Shown: one piece after another, positions 38,701-46,370 of the stretch
Numbering within the stretch: position 1 is the first letter of the stretch
How the letters are laid out: each line of letters starts with the position of its first letter
DNA from: Patescibacteria group bacterium
GTDB lineage: Bacteria > Patescibacteriota > Patescibacteriia > UBA10025 > JAHIVO01
Assembly: GCA_041660605.1 (NCBI GenBank)
Contig: JBAZWB010000001.1
Coordinates: 265,295 to 329,294 of the forward strand
Reading direction: 5' to 3'
DNA: 64,000 nucleotides
Translations under genes and position numbers: made by a program
The notes under the pieces: model-generated
Databases searched by the model: none
What the model saw: only the letters and a program-made list of their open reading frames with translations
Told to the model about the DNA's origin: nothing

Positions 38701-39771
38701 CCCTTGATCTGCAGCAGCGGTTTATGCCGCAACAGCGCCTGCCCTCTCCAAACTGATTGTATTTGCCCTACTATTCTATATACTATTACGCTGACCTGGA
38801 GCGGGACCACGGATCTTGACCTCAATTTATTGAGAAGCGATCTCAAGCGCTGGTACTGGGGGCACCCTGACATTGATGAAGGCATAGATTGGAATAATAT
38901 TAACTCTAATACGGAGGTTATAGAAATAACTGCAGAACAAAGCAGTTATCCTAACGATTTTCAAATACTCATACAGAATAGCGCCGTACCAACAGCGATG
39001 ATCCCCAGCGGTACGAGGGTGGATATTATGGATAATATACGCAGTTTGACTTATACTTATAATTCTCCGGATATGTGCCGCAGCAACAGCAGTCCTATCT
39101 GGCAGGTCGGTGAATTTAATTTCAGTGGTGGCGTTACACCAAATGTCAGCAATGCCTATATGCCCGCGCCTTTCCCGGCCACTTATCCCAGCGTGCCATA
39201 TCAGCAAGCTTCAGGCTCTTGCTGCGCTAATATAACCCAATGTCAGTCAGGGCTCTGCTGTAATGGTGGCTCGCCAGGTGTCTGCGGCGCCTGCTCCTCT
39301 TGTTTTGCTAACAATGGTTCCTGCGAAGTGGCACCGGGTTATTCCTGTGATGAGGTGAAGGACTATAGTGATCCGGATAATAAAGACTGCAAACAGAATT
39401 TTATAGATTGCAAAACTTGGTGTAGCGATAATTATTGCGACAGCATGGGAAATTGCACTGGATTTCTGGTCAGGATGACATATCCGGTTGCGACATATCA
39501 ATATGAACCGGGGAAATGCTATGATCCGTGGAGAAGCGGTGACCCTCAGGATCAATGTTATATTAGTATGGCTTGTGGCGGATATGCTTTTTATGGGCCG
39601 AATAATGAAGCGACGCAATGTTGCCACCCAGCCTCGACTAATCCACCTGGAACTCCGCTTGGTTATGGATGTTATTGCGGACGCGATGTACCGGTTGGCC
39701 CGCCTGTGGATCCAAATCCAGAATGTTTAATCGCCAGTTGCAATGGTCCGAACCTATATGTTTGCGAATAA
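29719..39771 (+). CDS. Giant (3350 aa) surface protein: VirB2/TrbC-like pilin hairpin, Ig-like/IPT domains, Cys-rich repeats
   Basis: Signal ending AVSAQ; LGLIAVIMIIYGG..WMTAAGN....KAKK.I..AVIGL; Big-like repeats (SDNxGVxxVxFY); CGDG repeats; EICxxGKDEDCDG. Confidence 0.88.
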   Translation: MGGRNKNKFITGAVVGLIFSLALIAMAVFVLPNAVSAQATINSELGTTFGLGTAGLESTVIKIVQWALGFLGLIAVIMIIYGGVVWMTAAGNTDKVAKAKKIIIRAVIGLVIVLLAWAIVMFIVDRINKATGGGGDFCDPHYFGPNWPADAEVRSDGCAYCNESGTGWIVIPGCVTLPDTDTFRVKWVDPTDGEHDVPLCSIVQAKLNGKVVPASIAGNVGLYVNGATAKGGDACLANNECMSGVCDIGGTNQCVGDEVAGNWQVSPDQTIIEFLPATDYLENQWYRAELRRNTPGNPVIIQEDAADPRDFVTKIWMFTTGITTLDVPPTVTTIYPADGEDKICLNTAIQSIFSSKMRAASMNASTIKLAEAGTGDYGININDHTSNSFSGRPAKLLNAGKEYNVTLTAGDPGNNDPNNGVMDVCLNHLDGDADTVEEGTAGGDNFLETVPPSSNPTFTDAPWNFLADTDTTNDKCIPEITDIVPANGKYDSTAVDIQGVNFGIIGFTYFNKGVINAGNCFDGGGWPRLECVNSWSGNNINIHVPGGPINGGQKAVPYNGAADGPVSVEVAGKTSNNWTFDVASPQILKAIGFKNNRHGGTDQYVTLISRSDTDGGFGDNTGTVVFRSFQPPYNVVTAPFPPDPPCDASWANDQVIIKVPDLTATLGVPACPVAGPADWVSCLNTPSMVGIQLIRNGGDRSNIVNFVYTNEEAGPGLCAIQPQQCGTGGETVTAVGQKFLAQTPASRVHFSAIQAVINSWTLNLVTGDSAQVTVPSLDNAEDYLVTVSNSVGTSNPLLFDVPCGLIPKVVEDSSCENYCQLDPTLKGCTEDIDCGVSGPCVTGISSPNPYKGNTDVCVNVNAAASFNTLMDDAMLTDGNLVYLQKCNDDNCSDVDPAKVAGALSVFIIDPTHEGVEFNPAVNLDPSTTYQMTIQKEVQSEAGAHMNNDYKWHFKTKDSIEPCPVEKVVVAPNSAILYNLGDTQNYSSLAQGPNCTILDPNDYTWAWTSEDFGIASVPVPSSITRNEIATATGLGTTYIKASIPAESKSGRGRLKVDPESCAFNPDPGYCANPGGGVTCPGSWCDLLADKCMPVITERSIPPDIPPKEITPPQGPAGTTVSIEGCWFGSKTGQVIIDQAATFECSNSWSSNLIVATTDPLIPTGNKPVEVLTAYGRCNGGDRDGRLCTVVGECPGAASCDKFSNMIDSGQSGALSKNFNVTDRCSGYCDPNISPAEFANAPCVDDSNCDNVPLSCKKVLPTGGIPGICPPLQPSAGPELTHVYIEGFNLLPDNAQTVDDLVYYPRGKSDTRDDIIFSYLEKWTGTAIDRSRVPVGAESGAVNVLVDNCPSNSLPYAVTCTNNIQCGTGCCADPGTGQKMCLPFDPYCLSGTMQPCQIEENTDTPESPENPNCTSGQIWNPGNYMCISTTGDTSHEFPAPPEDATHLFGTDCRVCCDANPPQVSASGLTCRADKGDCSGTERGLYCGCDPAIPGQCGAGFGCSAKDTCCYPEPVIDHVIPDPLAGNLLCTNVVIRYYFNEVMDTETMNTANIIVTDGTDPIAGKIDIHKNKKGFGFVADKPYTPGQQVHIEVTTNVKNKYGVGMAGSDSRIWTIDPAASLCAINQIDFTIITTGAPPTYDPPDVFRCATDNCSGDMDPAPGTGNEHGITAYAYDKRGLEVAATYQWQEEDDANVIAIDQLAVGTDNAITAQPNNGKANIVVTATEQYVGDSKLTDKARVSVMLCEKPWPNPYAPEMDQFPFEDSDRNPPATWKPDTIFHTNNFIANYSIWYCRDSGNPPLLERTDQVTVRDGSPTDPDIVKEYFFLRPGTSTDGIGIIVADNPDNKSPEQWYRDKFGAAAPAPQSLTVDGYPAVRAGRTVYVGVPNLVGGAFHQYIYLLSHDQEASDETLDIYNRLLANWEFNVNVDPAQKAALQRDLQRINSLEEIYGKMLAYKNKNGFFPKLEGGSYIQHLSNSKWPSWQETLGSSINSLGFIPHQAPFLEKLRGLFVKNAVAQSGLAVDPLNKFDLPDPSLPPQCLEDNGFNQDTCWNETKHLYECPANSNIYQYMVDANGDNAALYARMEYSGADSFANYFGGDPCTGITGATCNCFNYVLGVTGNLADHEGPEIQGVDALGAGVNWISSTRPLGVLVVDKPDLNPSGVNRVEFFVDGIRKFTDSDGTGPGWSWDFVSTQYADGDHKISVTAYDNVGNWTTKNYDIKIDNSSGADTTDPFIAIARPGNGASVSGKVIIEAQASDNQVLAQVQISVEGASANWVCPGGGSSMTCTTAIPNHWNTAALDADGKYIYPNGEYTINATATDAAGNSRTASIKVKVANSDYTAPSVVLTAIYNGGPDHWNNGDVIPGAIAYAQGPGEVWVWVIPTDDQGADQFYKPGRVKFYVDGIYRADGSNDNGDQVWEWAPWNTLEYSNGLHELTVYVYDDAGNMASDTWYITLNNAQSDMEPPVVNFRNAKSNPTGRTLLNGQPATQIIYIDASASDNIGVTKVYFYRDYILRSEVIVPDPMTGYSWMVDTNAISPGWHTFQVDAEDAAGNRSDAIEIRLNIGGGGAPICGDGIITNFTVPPEQCELIGYTPPPDNQPIYSMNGETCKTLGYGCGTLGCNPPLSANECQFDVSQCKNSVCGDGKIECGETCESVSDCPAAPNACSTINCNSCDCSYDQNCTNAPGCEPGTLTWCANCNHCNNKIKDCDETTTDCGGAMCPTCGCTPGNQRCTVTSQTQVCNNLGVWVNEAQTLPTCTAPPSYPFWQGDCNLGSTSGCYSGTVCKTSGATDAHCESNQAIQCTAACQTGWSLAYNQCCVTQRCNTGPPLHTEKFVSGSWVDEPQGTPICSMANGANWDGNCVMGNSCYNTTIGCMMTGGGTDAKCVNTSVNPFQCVAACQSSFLAAYNQCCAVCVDGTKQDCGATNTDVGECNIGEQTCVSGAWGPCTGEIPSSPEICTGGKDEDCDGAIDAADTDCAMQCNQACNPPSINCASPLICSSGLCRNSACPLQTDCICPTILYTITLTWSGTTDLDLNLLRSDLKRWYWGHPDIDEGIDWNNINSNTEVIEITAEQSSYPNDFQILIQNSAVPTAMIPSGTRVDIMDNIRSLTYTYNSPDMCRSNSSPIWQVGEFNFSGGVTPNVSNAYMPAPFPATYPSVPYQQASGSCCANITQCQSGLCCNGGSPGVCGACSSCFANNGSCEVAPGYSCDEVKDYSDPDNKDCKQNFIDCKTWCSDNYCDSMGNCTGFLVRMTYPVATYQYEPGKCYDPWRSGDPQDQCYISMACGGYAFYGPNNEATQCCHPASTNPPGTPLGYGCYCGRDVPVGPPVDPNPECLIASCNGPNLYVCE

Positions 39772-39800
39772 TTATCAAATTTGGCCTTAGACTTTTTTCT

Positions 39801-40343
39801 ATGACACAACAAAACATTCCATCAGAGCAGAATGAACAAAAGCAGAAGCCTATTTATCTATGGTTTTTAATGGGTTTGCTTGTCTTGGCCTTGCTTGGCG
39901 GCGGCGGTTATTTGTACTATAAATATGCCAATAAGCCAAATGATAACGCTAATAAAGCTAATGTGAATGGGGCGGTAGTTGCGGAAAAGCACCTTTTAAC
40001 CGCCGAGGACAAGGAGCAATACGGCATCCAGGCCAATCTCAACGGTGAAATTACATATACTAATGTTAACGGAACTCTGATACCCAGTATTGTCATAGAT
40101 CCAAACTCACGTCCGCTTGATACTGATGGCGACCGGCTATCTGATGAAGAGGAAGCCACCCAAAAAACAGATCCCAATAATCCCGATACCGATGGCGACC
40201 TGATATATGACGGCGATGAGGTGTTGGTCTGGAAAACTGATCCCGCTAAGGCCGATACTGACGAGGACGGTTTTGATGACGGTGCGGAGGTCAAAGGAGG
40301 CTACAATCCTCTGGGTACCGGCCTGTTGAATACCGCCCAGTAG
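39801..40343 (+). CDS. Membrane-anchored protein with thrombospondin-3-like Ca-binding repeats (start ATG 39801)
   Basis: TM LLGGGGYLYY; DTDGDRLSDEEE, TDP..PDTDGD, GYNPLG. Confidence 0.85.
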   Translation: MTQQNIPSEQNEQKQKPIYLWFLMGLLVLALLGGGGYLYYKYANKPNDNANKANVNGAVVAEKHLLTAEDKEQYGIQANLNGEITYTNVNGTLIPSIVIDPNSRPLDTDGDRLSDEEEATQKTDPNNPDTDGDLIYDGDEVLVWKTDPAKADTDEDGFDDGAEVKGGYNPLGTGLLNTAQ

Positions 40344-40425
40344 CATTTTTGATCCTCTAGAATGTAGTATAATATTAAAGGCGGGTAGTGCCGCTTTAAA
40401 TTTTAAACGGGAAAAATAGCATAAA

Positions 40426-41019
40426 ATGCCAAATAATAAACCGATAGAAGATATTTTTGAGGAAGTGGATAAAAGCAAAACACCAAAAAACGGTAAAATA
40501 AAGAACGGAGCAAGAAAACCGAAGCTGGCCCCGCTCGCGCCCCAGTCATTGCCGCCCCTTCAGCCAGAATCCAGGAATACGAAATTGCCGGTGAAAATTA
40601 TTATTTTGGTAATAATCATAATAGTGCTGGCAGGCGGCGGGTATTTTGTTTATAATTATCTGGCTAATCGCGCTGAGGATGATCCGGTAAATGCCGCTAA
40701 CAACAGCGCCGTTCAGCCGGCGACTAACCAGCCGGTGAATTCAGCAGTGCCGGCGATTAATGCCAATACTGCTCAGGATACGGATGGCGACGGGTTGACG
40801 GATGCCGAAGAGAAAGACCTGGGCACCGATCCAAAAAATAAAGACACGGATAATGACGGCCTCTTTGACAGGGAAGAGGTCAAGGTTTATAAAACCGATC
40901 CTGATAATCCGGACACCGACGGTGACGGCATTAAGGACGGCCAGGAAGTTAAGAATGGGTACAATCCGAATGGCCCGGGGAAGTTATTGGATCTGAATTC
41001 AGCTAAAAATAATATTTAA
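40426..41019 (+). CDS. Membrane-anchored protein with TSP3-like Ca-binding repeats
   Basis: EDIF N-terminus, TM, three DTDGDGLxDxxE repeats, GYNPNG. Confidence 0.88.
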   Translation: MPNNKPIEDIFEEVDKSKTPKNGKIKNGARKPKLAPLAPQSLPPLQPESRNTKLPVKIIILVIIIIVLAGGGYFVYNYLANRAEDDPVNAANNSAVQPATNQPVNSAVPAINANTAQDTDGDGLTDAEEKDLGTDPKNKDTDNDGLFDREEVKVYKTDPDNPDTDGDGIKDGQEVKNGYNPNGPGKLLDLNSAKNNI

Positions 41020-41032
41020 AAATTTCAATAAT

Positions 41033-42193
41033 ATGGCAGTGCAGGAAAAAAATAATGAAGCGCGTCCGGCAGAACCGGTAAAGCAAGTACGCATCCATAC
41101 CATGCCCAGCAAGTTTTATCTGGACGAAAACAAGTCGGGCAGCGGTAAGAATATTTTTTTAGTGGTTTTTCTCATAATTTTGGCTGTTCTGGTGCTTGGC
41201 GGCGGAGGGTATTTCGCCTATACTAGCTTTTATCAGAATAAAAATCAGAACTCAAATGCCAATTCATTGGCCAATGAAAATGAAGAGGGTGACTTGAATG
41301 ACACCAATAGTTCAGCGAATGCCAATGGCAATAAAAATGCCAATACAAACGGCTCTAATACAAATAATGCCAATAGAACTAATGTAAATGCGGTAGATAT
41401 TAATTCGCTGAATATTTTCAATAATTTGAACCAAAATACCAATACCGGCAATTTTAACATCAATACGGTGGTTAGCAGCGCTGACGCGGATTTAGACGGC
41501 CTGTCGGACGTAGAAGAGCCGATTTACAGTACCAAGATCTCTTCAGCCGATTCTGACGGTGATGGGTTTAGTGACGGCCAGGAAGTCATAAACGGCTATA
41601 ATCCCAACGGTACTGGCAAGCTGGAGCTGAATGCCGGCGTTCTGCGCTATACCGATACAGACGAGAAGTATTCGTTGCTATATCCGAAAACCTGGGTTGT
41701 CAGCGATGACAACCAGACGTCCAGCGGCAAGATTTTTAGCGCTAACGGGCAATTCGTAACCATCAGCGTGGAGCTGAATGCCGCGAAATTATCAGCCCGC
41801 GACTGGTACCTGACCAAGTCGCCAGGAATTGATTCCTCCCGCATTCAGTCAGTCACTAACTGGGACGCGACTTTGGCTGGCGTCAAAAGCATTGACGGGC
41901 TGACCGTTTATTACACGAAGAACGACCAGACATTCATTATCAGCTACAATATAAATATTCTTACTCAGGCTGATTATCTGACCACCTTCGCAATGATGTA
42001 TAAAAGTTTTACGCTGGTGACGGCTAATTTTGTAAATAGTAACGCCAATTCAAATTCTAATACCAGTACGAATTTTAATTTTAATACGAATATTAATACC
42101 AATACAAACAGGAATACAAACTCAAATTTAAATTCTAACGCCAATACAAATAGAAATACAAATTCAAACTCAAATTCAACAAATCACCTATAA
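41033..42193 (+). CDS. Membrane-anchored protein: Asn-rich linker, TSP3-like repeats, PsbP-like domain
   Basis: IHTMP motif, TM, DADLDGLSD/DSDGDGFSDGQE, YSLLYPKTW...MYKSF. Confidence 0.82.
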   Translation: MAVQEKNNEARPAEPVKQVRIHTMPSKFYLDENKSGSGKNIFLVVFLIILAVLVLGGGGYFAYTSFYQNKNQNSNANSLANENEEGDLNDTNSSANANGNKNANTNGSNTNNANRTNVNAVDINSLNIFNNLNQNTNTGNFNINTVVSSADADLDGLSDVEEPIYSTKISSADSDGDGFSDGQEVINGYNPNGTGKLELNAGVLRYTDTDEKYSLLYPKTWVVSDDNQTSSGKIFSANGQFVTISVELNAAKLSARDWYLTKSPGIDSSRIQSVTNWDATLAGVKSIDGLTVYYTKNDQTFIISYNINILTQADYLTTFAMMYKSFTLVTANFVNSNANSNSNTSTNFNFNTNINTNTNRNTNSNLNSNANTNRNTNSNSNSTNHL

Positions 42194-42633
42194 TGAAGAT
42201 CTGGATCAACAAAGAGACGGGAATCAGAGCAGAGACCGGCTTTTTCAAAAAATTATTCAGGTTGATCGGCCGGCAGTTTCCCCGTTATTCAGGAGCGGAA
42301 ATTTCCGTCGCCCTGGTTAGCGCCAGGACAATAAAAAAATTAAATAAAAAGTACAGGCATAAAAATAAAGTAACGGATGTTCTCTCCTTTGCCGAAAGGG
42401 AATCAAAATACAAAATTGCACCCAGACAATATTTAGGCGAGATAGTGATTTCTATGCCGCAGGCGAGAGAGCAGGCGAGAGAGCATAAACATGCCTTACG
42501 TCGTGAACTGGTGATTTTACTTGTCCACAGTTTTTTACATCTGGTGGGGTTCGATCATGCCACGGACAAGCAGGAAAAAATTATGGACAAGGAGGCCCGG
42601 AAAGTAATGTTGATATACGAAAAAAATTTATAA
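42193..42633 (+). CDS. ybeY: rRNA maturation endoribonuclease YbeY
   Basis: TDVLSF, LGEIVIS, HSFLHLVGFDH. Confidence 0.95.
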   Translation: MKIWINKETGIRAETGFFKKLFRLIGRQFPRYSGAEISVALVSARTIKKLNKKYRHKNKVTDVLSFAERESKYKIAPRQYLGEIVISMPQAREQAREHKHALRRELVILLVHSFLHLVGFDHATDKQEKIMDKEARKVMLIYEKNL

Positions 42634-42644
42634 ATTACTAATAT

Positions 42645-43019
42645 ATGCCAATTTTGGATTTACGGATGTTGGGGAAAAGCTTTCGTTACGCAGCCAGGGG
42701 GTTTTGGTATGTGTTTAAAAACGAACAAAATATCCGGCTTCATATTTTTGCCAGCGCTTTGGTGATAATTTTAATGGTATATTTCGGCGTTTCCCTCTGG
42801 CAAGCCATCATACTCTTCCTGGTCATGGCCTGGGTCGTAGTACTGGAACTGATCAATACAATTTTTGAGAAAATGGTGGATATTTTGCAACCGCGGATAC
42901 ATTTTTACGCTCAGGTGATCAAGGATGTCATGGCCGCCACCGTGCTGGTATCATCAATCGGGGCCGTAATCATTGGGATTTTGATTTTTGGACCTTATAT
43001 TTGGACGGCCAAGCCCTAA
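42645..43019 (+). CDS. dgkA: Diacylglycerol/undecaprenol kinase family protein
   Basis: SFRYA..G, E.NIRLH, ELINT..E, KDV.A. Confidence 0.9.
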   Translation: MPILDLRMLGKSFRYAARGFWYVFKNEQNIRLHIFASALVIILMVYFGVSLWQAIILFLVMAWVVVLELINTIFEKMVDILQPRIHFYAQVIKDVMAATVLVSSIGAVIIGILIFGPYIWTAKP

Positions 43020-43122
43020 GCCGGATTTTATTAAAAAACAAATAATTTGTTCAGTTCCAGGGGTGCATTGCATAGAATGAAAATATCTTTTATAATATAC
43101 GTATATCATTATTTCCTAAAAT

Positions 43123-44376
43123 ATGTCGAAAGAGCAAATAATAACCGGTTTGGACATCGGCTCAACTACGGTCAGGGTAGTGGTGGGGCAGGTTAATCCG
43201 CAGGATAAAAAAATTCACATACTGGGCGCCTCTGAAAACAACGCCGAAGGCATCAATAAAGGTTCGATTACCAGCATTGAAGACGCCGTTTCTTCCATTT
43301 CCGGAGCTTTGGAGAAAGTTGAGCGTATGACCGGCCTGCCGGTAGAGCACGTTTTCGTGGGCATCAACGGCAGCCATATCACTTCCCAGGATTCACATGG
43401 CGTAATTGCCGTTTCGAAATCAGACGGAGAGATAAAGGAGGACGACATTGAGAGGGTGATGGAAGCGGCACAAGCGGTGGCTACTCCCCCTAACTACGAA
43501 ATTTTGCATGTCATCCCGCGGAGCTTCACGGTGGATAACCAAAAAGGGATAAAAGACCCTATCGGTATGACCGGCATCAGGCTCGAGGTGGATGCTCAGA
43601 TTATCCAGGGCCTCTCCTCGCAAATAAAAAATCTGACCAAATCCATATACCGGACCGGCATTGACATTGACGATCTGGTCCTGGGCGTACTCGCTGCCTC
43701 TGAATCAGTGCTGACCAAGAAACAGAAAGACCTGGGCGTAGCTCTCCTGAATATCGGCGGCTCGACTACCAGCATGCTGGTTTTCGAAGAGGGAGACGTA
43801 CTGCATACCGCCATTCTGCCGATCGGCTCCAGTCACATTACCAACGATATCGCCATCGGTTTGCGTACTTCTATCGATTTAGCCGAAAAGATCAAGATCG
43901 AATACGGCTCCGCTCTGCCAGAGGAAATAAATAAGCGCGATGAGATAAATTTAGCCGAGATTGATTCCCGCGAAGAAGGAGTGGTGTCACAGAAGCACAT
44001 TGCTGAGATAGTCGAAGCGCGCTGCGAGGAAATTTTCAAAATGGCAGAAAAAGAACTTCAAAAAATAGACCGTTCCGGTTTATTGCCGGCGGGAGTGATA
44101 CTCACCGGCGGCGGTGTCAAGCTGCCAGGACTGATCGAAGTCGCCAAGAGAGAATTCAAATTGCCCGCATCGCTGGGCTATCCGTTGGACCTGGGTTCGA
44201 CTGCGGTGGACAAGGCAAATGATTTAAGTTTTACTACTGCCATCGGCTTGCTGTACTGGGGCGCGGGATTCGTCAATAAGGGGGGATCTCGAGGGGGGAT
44301 TACAATGCCGAAATTCACCTCTGTCGGTGAGGCAACAAATAAAATGAAAAAGTGGTTCAAGTCTTTAATACCTTAA
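43123..44376 (+). CDS. ftsA: Cell division protein FtsA
   Basis: GLDIGST, DPIGMTG.RLEV, LTGGG. Confidence 0.97.
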   Translation: MSKEQIITGLDIGSTTVRVVVGQVNPQDKKIHILGASENNAEGINKGSITSIEDAVSSISGALEKVERMTGLPVEHVFVGINGSHITSQDSHGVIAVSKSDGEIKEDDIERVMEAAQAVATPPNYEILHVIPRSFTVDNQKGIKDPIGMTGIRLEVDAQIIQGLSSQIKNLTKSIYRTGIDIDDLVLGVLAASESVLTKKQKDLGVALLNIGGSTTSMLVFEEGDVLHTAILPIGSSHITNDIAIGLRTSIDLAEKIKIEYGSALPEEINKRDEINLAEIDSREEGVVSQKHIAEIVEARCEEIFKMAEKELQKIDRSGLLPAGVILTGGGVKLPGLIEVAKREFKLPASLGYPLDLGSTAVDKANDLSFTTAIGLLYWGAGFVNKGGSRGGITMPKFTSVGEATNKMKKWFKSLIP

Positions 44377-44398
44377 ATTTATTTAGTATAATATATTT

Positions 44399-45601
44399 AT
44401 GCGGTATAAAAATAACAGGCAAAACGAGGAAATCAAACCAGAAATCGAAACATTTGCGAAAATCAAGGTTATTGGCGTTGGCGGATCCGGCGGTTCAGCC
44501 ATAGATCGCATGATCAGCGATAAGATCAGAGGCGTGGAGTTTGTGGCGATTAACTCTGATGCGCAGGCTCTTCATCATTCAAATGCTCCGCATAAACTGC
44601 ATATCGGCCGGACTACTACCAGGGGCCTGGGCGCCGGTATGGATCCTGAATTAGGTCGCAAAGCAGTGGAGGAAAATCAGGACGAAATACATGAAATGCT
44701 GAAGGGGTCTGATATGGTGTTTATTACTTGCGGTCTGGGCGGCGGTACGGGTACGGGCGCTTCGCCGATGATTGCCGATATTGCCCGGGATGTCGGGGCC
44801 TTAACAGTGGCGGTAGTGACTAAGCCCTTTGCTTTTGAAGGCGCACAGCGCAAGCAAATAGCGGAAAACGGGCTGGGAGAATTGACTGACAAAGTTGATA
44901 CGATTATTACTATACCAAATGACAGGATTTTGCAGATAATCGATAAGAAAACCTCCCTGCTTGATGCTTTTGGCACTGTGGATGAAGTTTTACGGCAGGG
45001 CGTGCAGGGCATTTCAGATTTAATCACCGTGCCGGGCTTGATTAACGTGGACTTTGCTGATGTTAAATCCATCATGGAAAACGCCGGTTCGGCCTTGATG
45101 GGCATTGGCCAGGGTTCCGGTGAAAACAGGGCGGTGGACGCGGCCAAGGCGGCAATTGACAGCCCTTTGCTGGAATTGTCCATTGAAGGAGCAAAAGGCA
45201 TCTTATTCACCATTACCGGCGGTCCGAATCTGGGTATGTATGAGGTAAATGAAGCGGCCAGGATCATTACCGCTTCGGCCGACCCCAATGCGCGGGTTAT
45301 TTTTGGCTCAGTAATTGATGAAGCCATGAAAGATATGGTAAAAATCACGGTTATTGCCACGGGATTCGGCGGCAAGCAGACAACCATTAAAAAAATCAAG
45401 CCTCTGGAGTTCGGCAATAGGGAAGAGCGGCCTCAGCGCATGGATTTCAGCGCGACGCGGGTAAATCGTCCGGCTTCACAGCCAGCACCGATGAGTCCAC
45501 CAAGAAATAATCCCATTCGGCCCTCGGAAAAAGAACCTCCAAAAACAAAGGAAGAAGAAGACTTGGAAATACCCGCATTTATCCGCAAGAAAATGATGTA
45601 A
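44399..45601 (+). CDS. ftsZ: Cell division protein FtsZ
   Basis: [17 protein letters not shown]-terminal LEIPAFIRK. Confidence 0.98.
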   Translation: MRYKNNRQNEEIKPEIETFAKIKVIGVGGSGGSAIDRMISDKIRGVEFVAINSDAQALHHSNAPHKLHIGRTTTRGLGAGMDPELGRKAVEENQDEIHEMLKGSDMVFITCGLGGGTGTGASPMIADIARDVGALTVAVVTKPFAFEGAQRKQIAENGLGELTDKVDTIITIPNDRILQIIDKKTSLLDAFGTVDEVLRQGVQGISDLITVPGLINVDFADVKSIMENAGSALMGIGQGSGENRAVDAAKAAIDSPLLELSIEGAKGILFTITGGPNLGMYEVNEAARIITASADPNARVIFGSVIDEAMKDMVKITVIATGFGGKQTTIKKIKPLEFGNREERPQRMDFSATRVNRPASQPAPMSPPRNNPIRPSEKEPPKTKEEEDLEIPAFIRKKMM

Positions 45602-45667
45602 TTTTTAATAAATAATAAAAAGAGCGGCAGTTTTCAAAAAAATAATATAAAAACAAAAAAAAGCTGA

Positions 45668-45693
45668 AAAAAGACACGACGATGTCTTTTTTT
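45668..45693 (+). terminator. Probable terminator after ftsZ
   Basis: AAAAGACA..TGTCTTTT hairpin with T-run. Confidence 0.5.
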
Positions 45694-45711
45694 ATCGGTT
45701 TATTGTCAGAA

Positions 45712-45720
45712 TTATCCACA
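45712..45720 (+). promoter_or_regulatory. Single DnaA box upstream of the nrdR-nrdJ operon
   Basis: Perfect TTATCCACA in the intergenic region. Confidence 0.45.
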
Positions 45721-45823
45721 GGTTTGGCTGATTATTAAAGCCAGAAGCTGGCAGTTTGGCTCCATAATTATTTGAAAAACTATTTTATTTAACTAAGGTT
45801 AGCCAAGATATGACTAACCACAA

Positions 45824-45878
45824 TTGACTAATCCATATATAGTAGTATAATGTCTATTAGAGGTACTATATATAGGAT
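45824..45878 (+). promoter_or_regulatory. Sigma70 promoter overlapped by tandem NrdR boxes
   Basis: TTGACT-16-TATAAT; cores CCATATATAG (45833) and CTATATATAG (45866), 33 bp apart. Confidence 0.75.
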
Positions 45879-45889
45879 GCCGTAATATT

Positions 45890-46348
45890 ATGAAGTGCCC
45901 AGCTTGTCATCACAATGATACTAAGGTTACGGATTCGCGGATGGTAAATGAAGGTATGGCCATCAGGCGCCGCCGTGAATGCCTAAAATGCGGCTTTCGC
46001 TTTTCTACTTATGAAGAAGTGGAAATTTTGAACCTCACAATTATAAAAAGGGACGGCCGGACGGAACCATACGGCAAGGATAAGCTTGAATCCGGACTGA
46101 AAAAATCGTTTGAGAAAAGGCCGATTACCCACGATGAATTCAAAAAATTGCTTAATAGGATTGAGCGGGATATTCAGCTGGAGGGCAAGAGTGAAATAAA
46201 GAGCCGACGAATCGGAGAAATCGTTATGAAGCACTTGCGGAGGGTTGATGTGGTTGCTTATATACGCTTCGCTTCAGTTTATCGGTCGTTTAAGGACGCC
46301 AAAACTTTCCAGCGTGAACTGAAAAAAATTATTAAAAAATCAAAATAA
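45890..46348 (+). CDS. nrdR: Transcriptional repressor NrdR
   Basis: MKCPAC, IRRRRECLKC, ATP cone, VAYIRFASVY. Confidence 0.97.
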   Translation: MKCPACHHNDTKVTDSRMVNEGMAIRRRRECLKCGFRFSTYEEVEILNLTIIKRDGRTEPYGKDKLESGLKKSFEKRPITHDEFKKLLNRIERDIQLEGKSEIKSRRIGEIVMKHLRRVDVVAYIRFASVYRSFKDAKTFQRELKKIIKKSK

Positions 46349-46370
46349 TAATTAAGTTGAAATATTCTAT

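Noticed and set aside
30061-39730. Many short alternative-frame ORFs within the giant gene (and within topA, mfd, ftsZ, nrdJ)
   Set aside because: Shadow ORFs of GC3-rich coding sequence with no recognisable motifs
39669-39800. Extended N-terminus of ORF 39669-40343
   Set aside because: It overlaps the giant gene; ATG 39801 gives the same architecture as its paralogues
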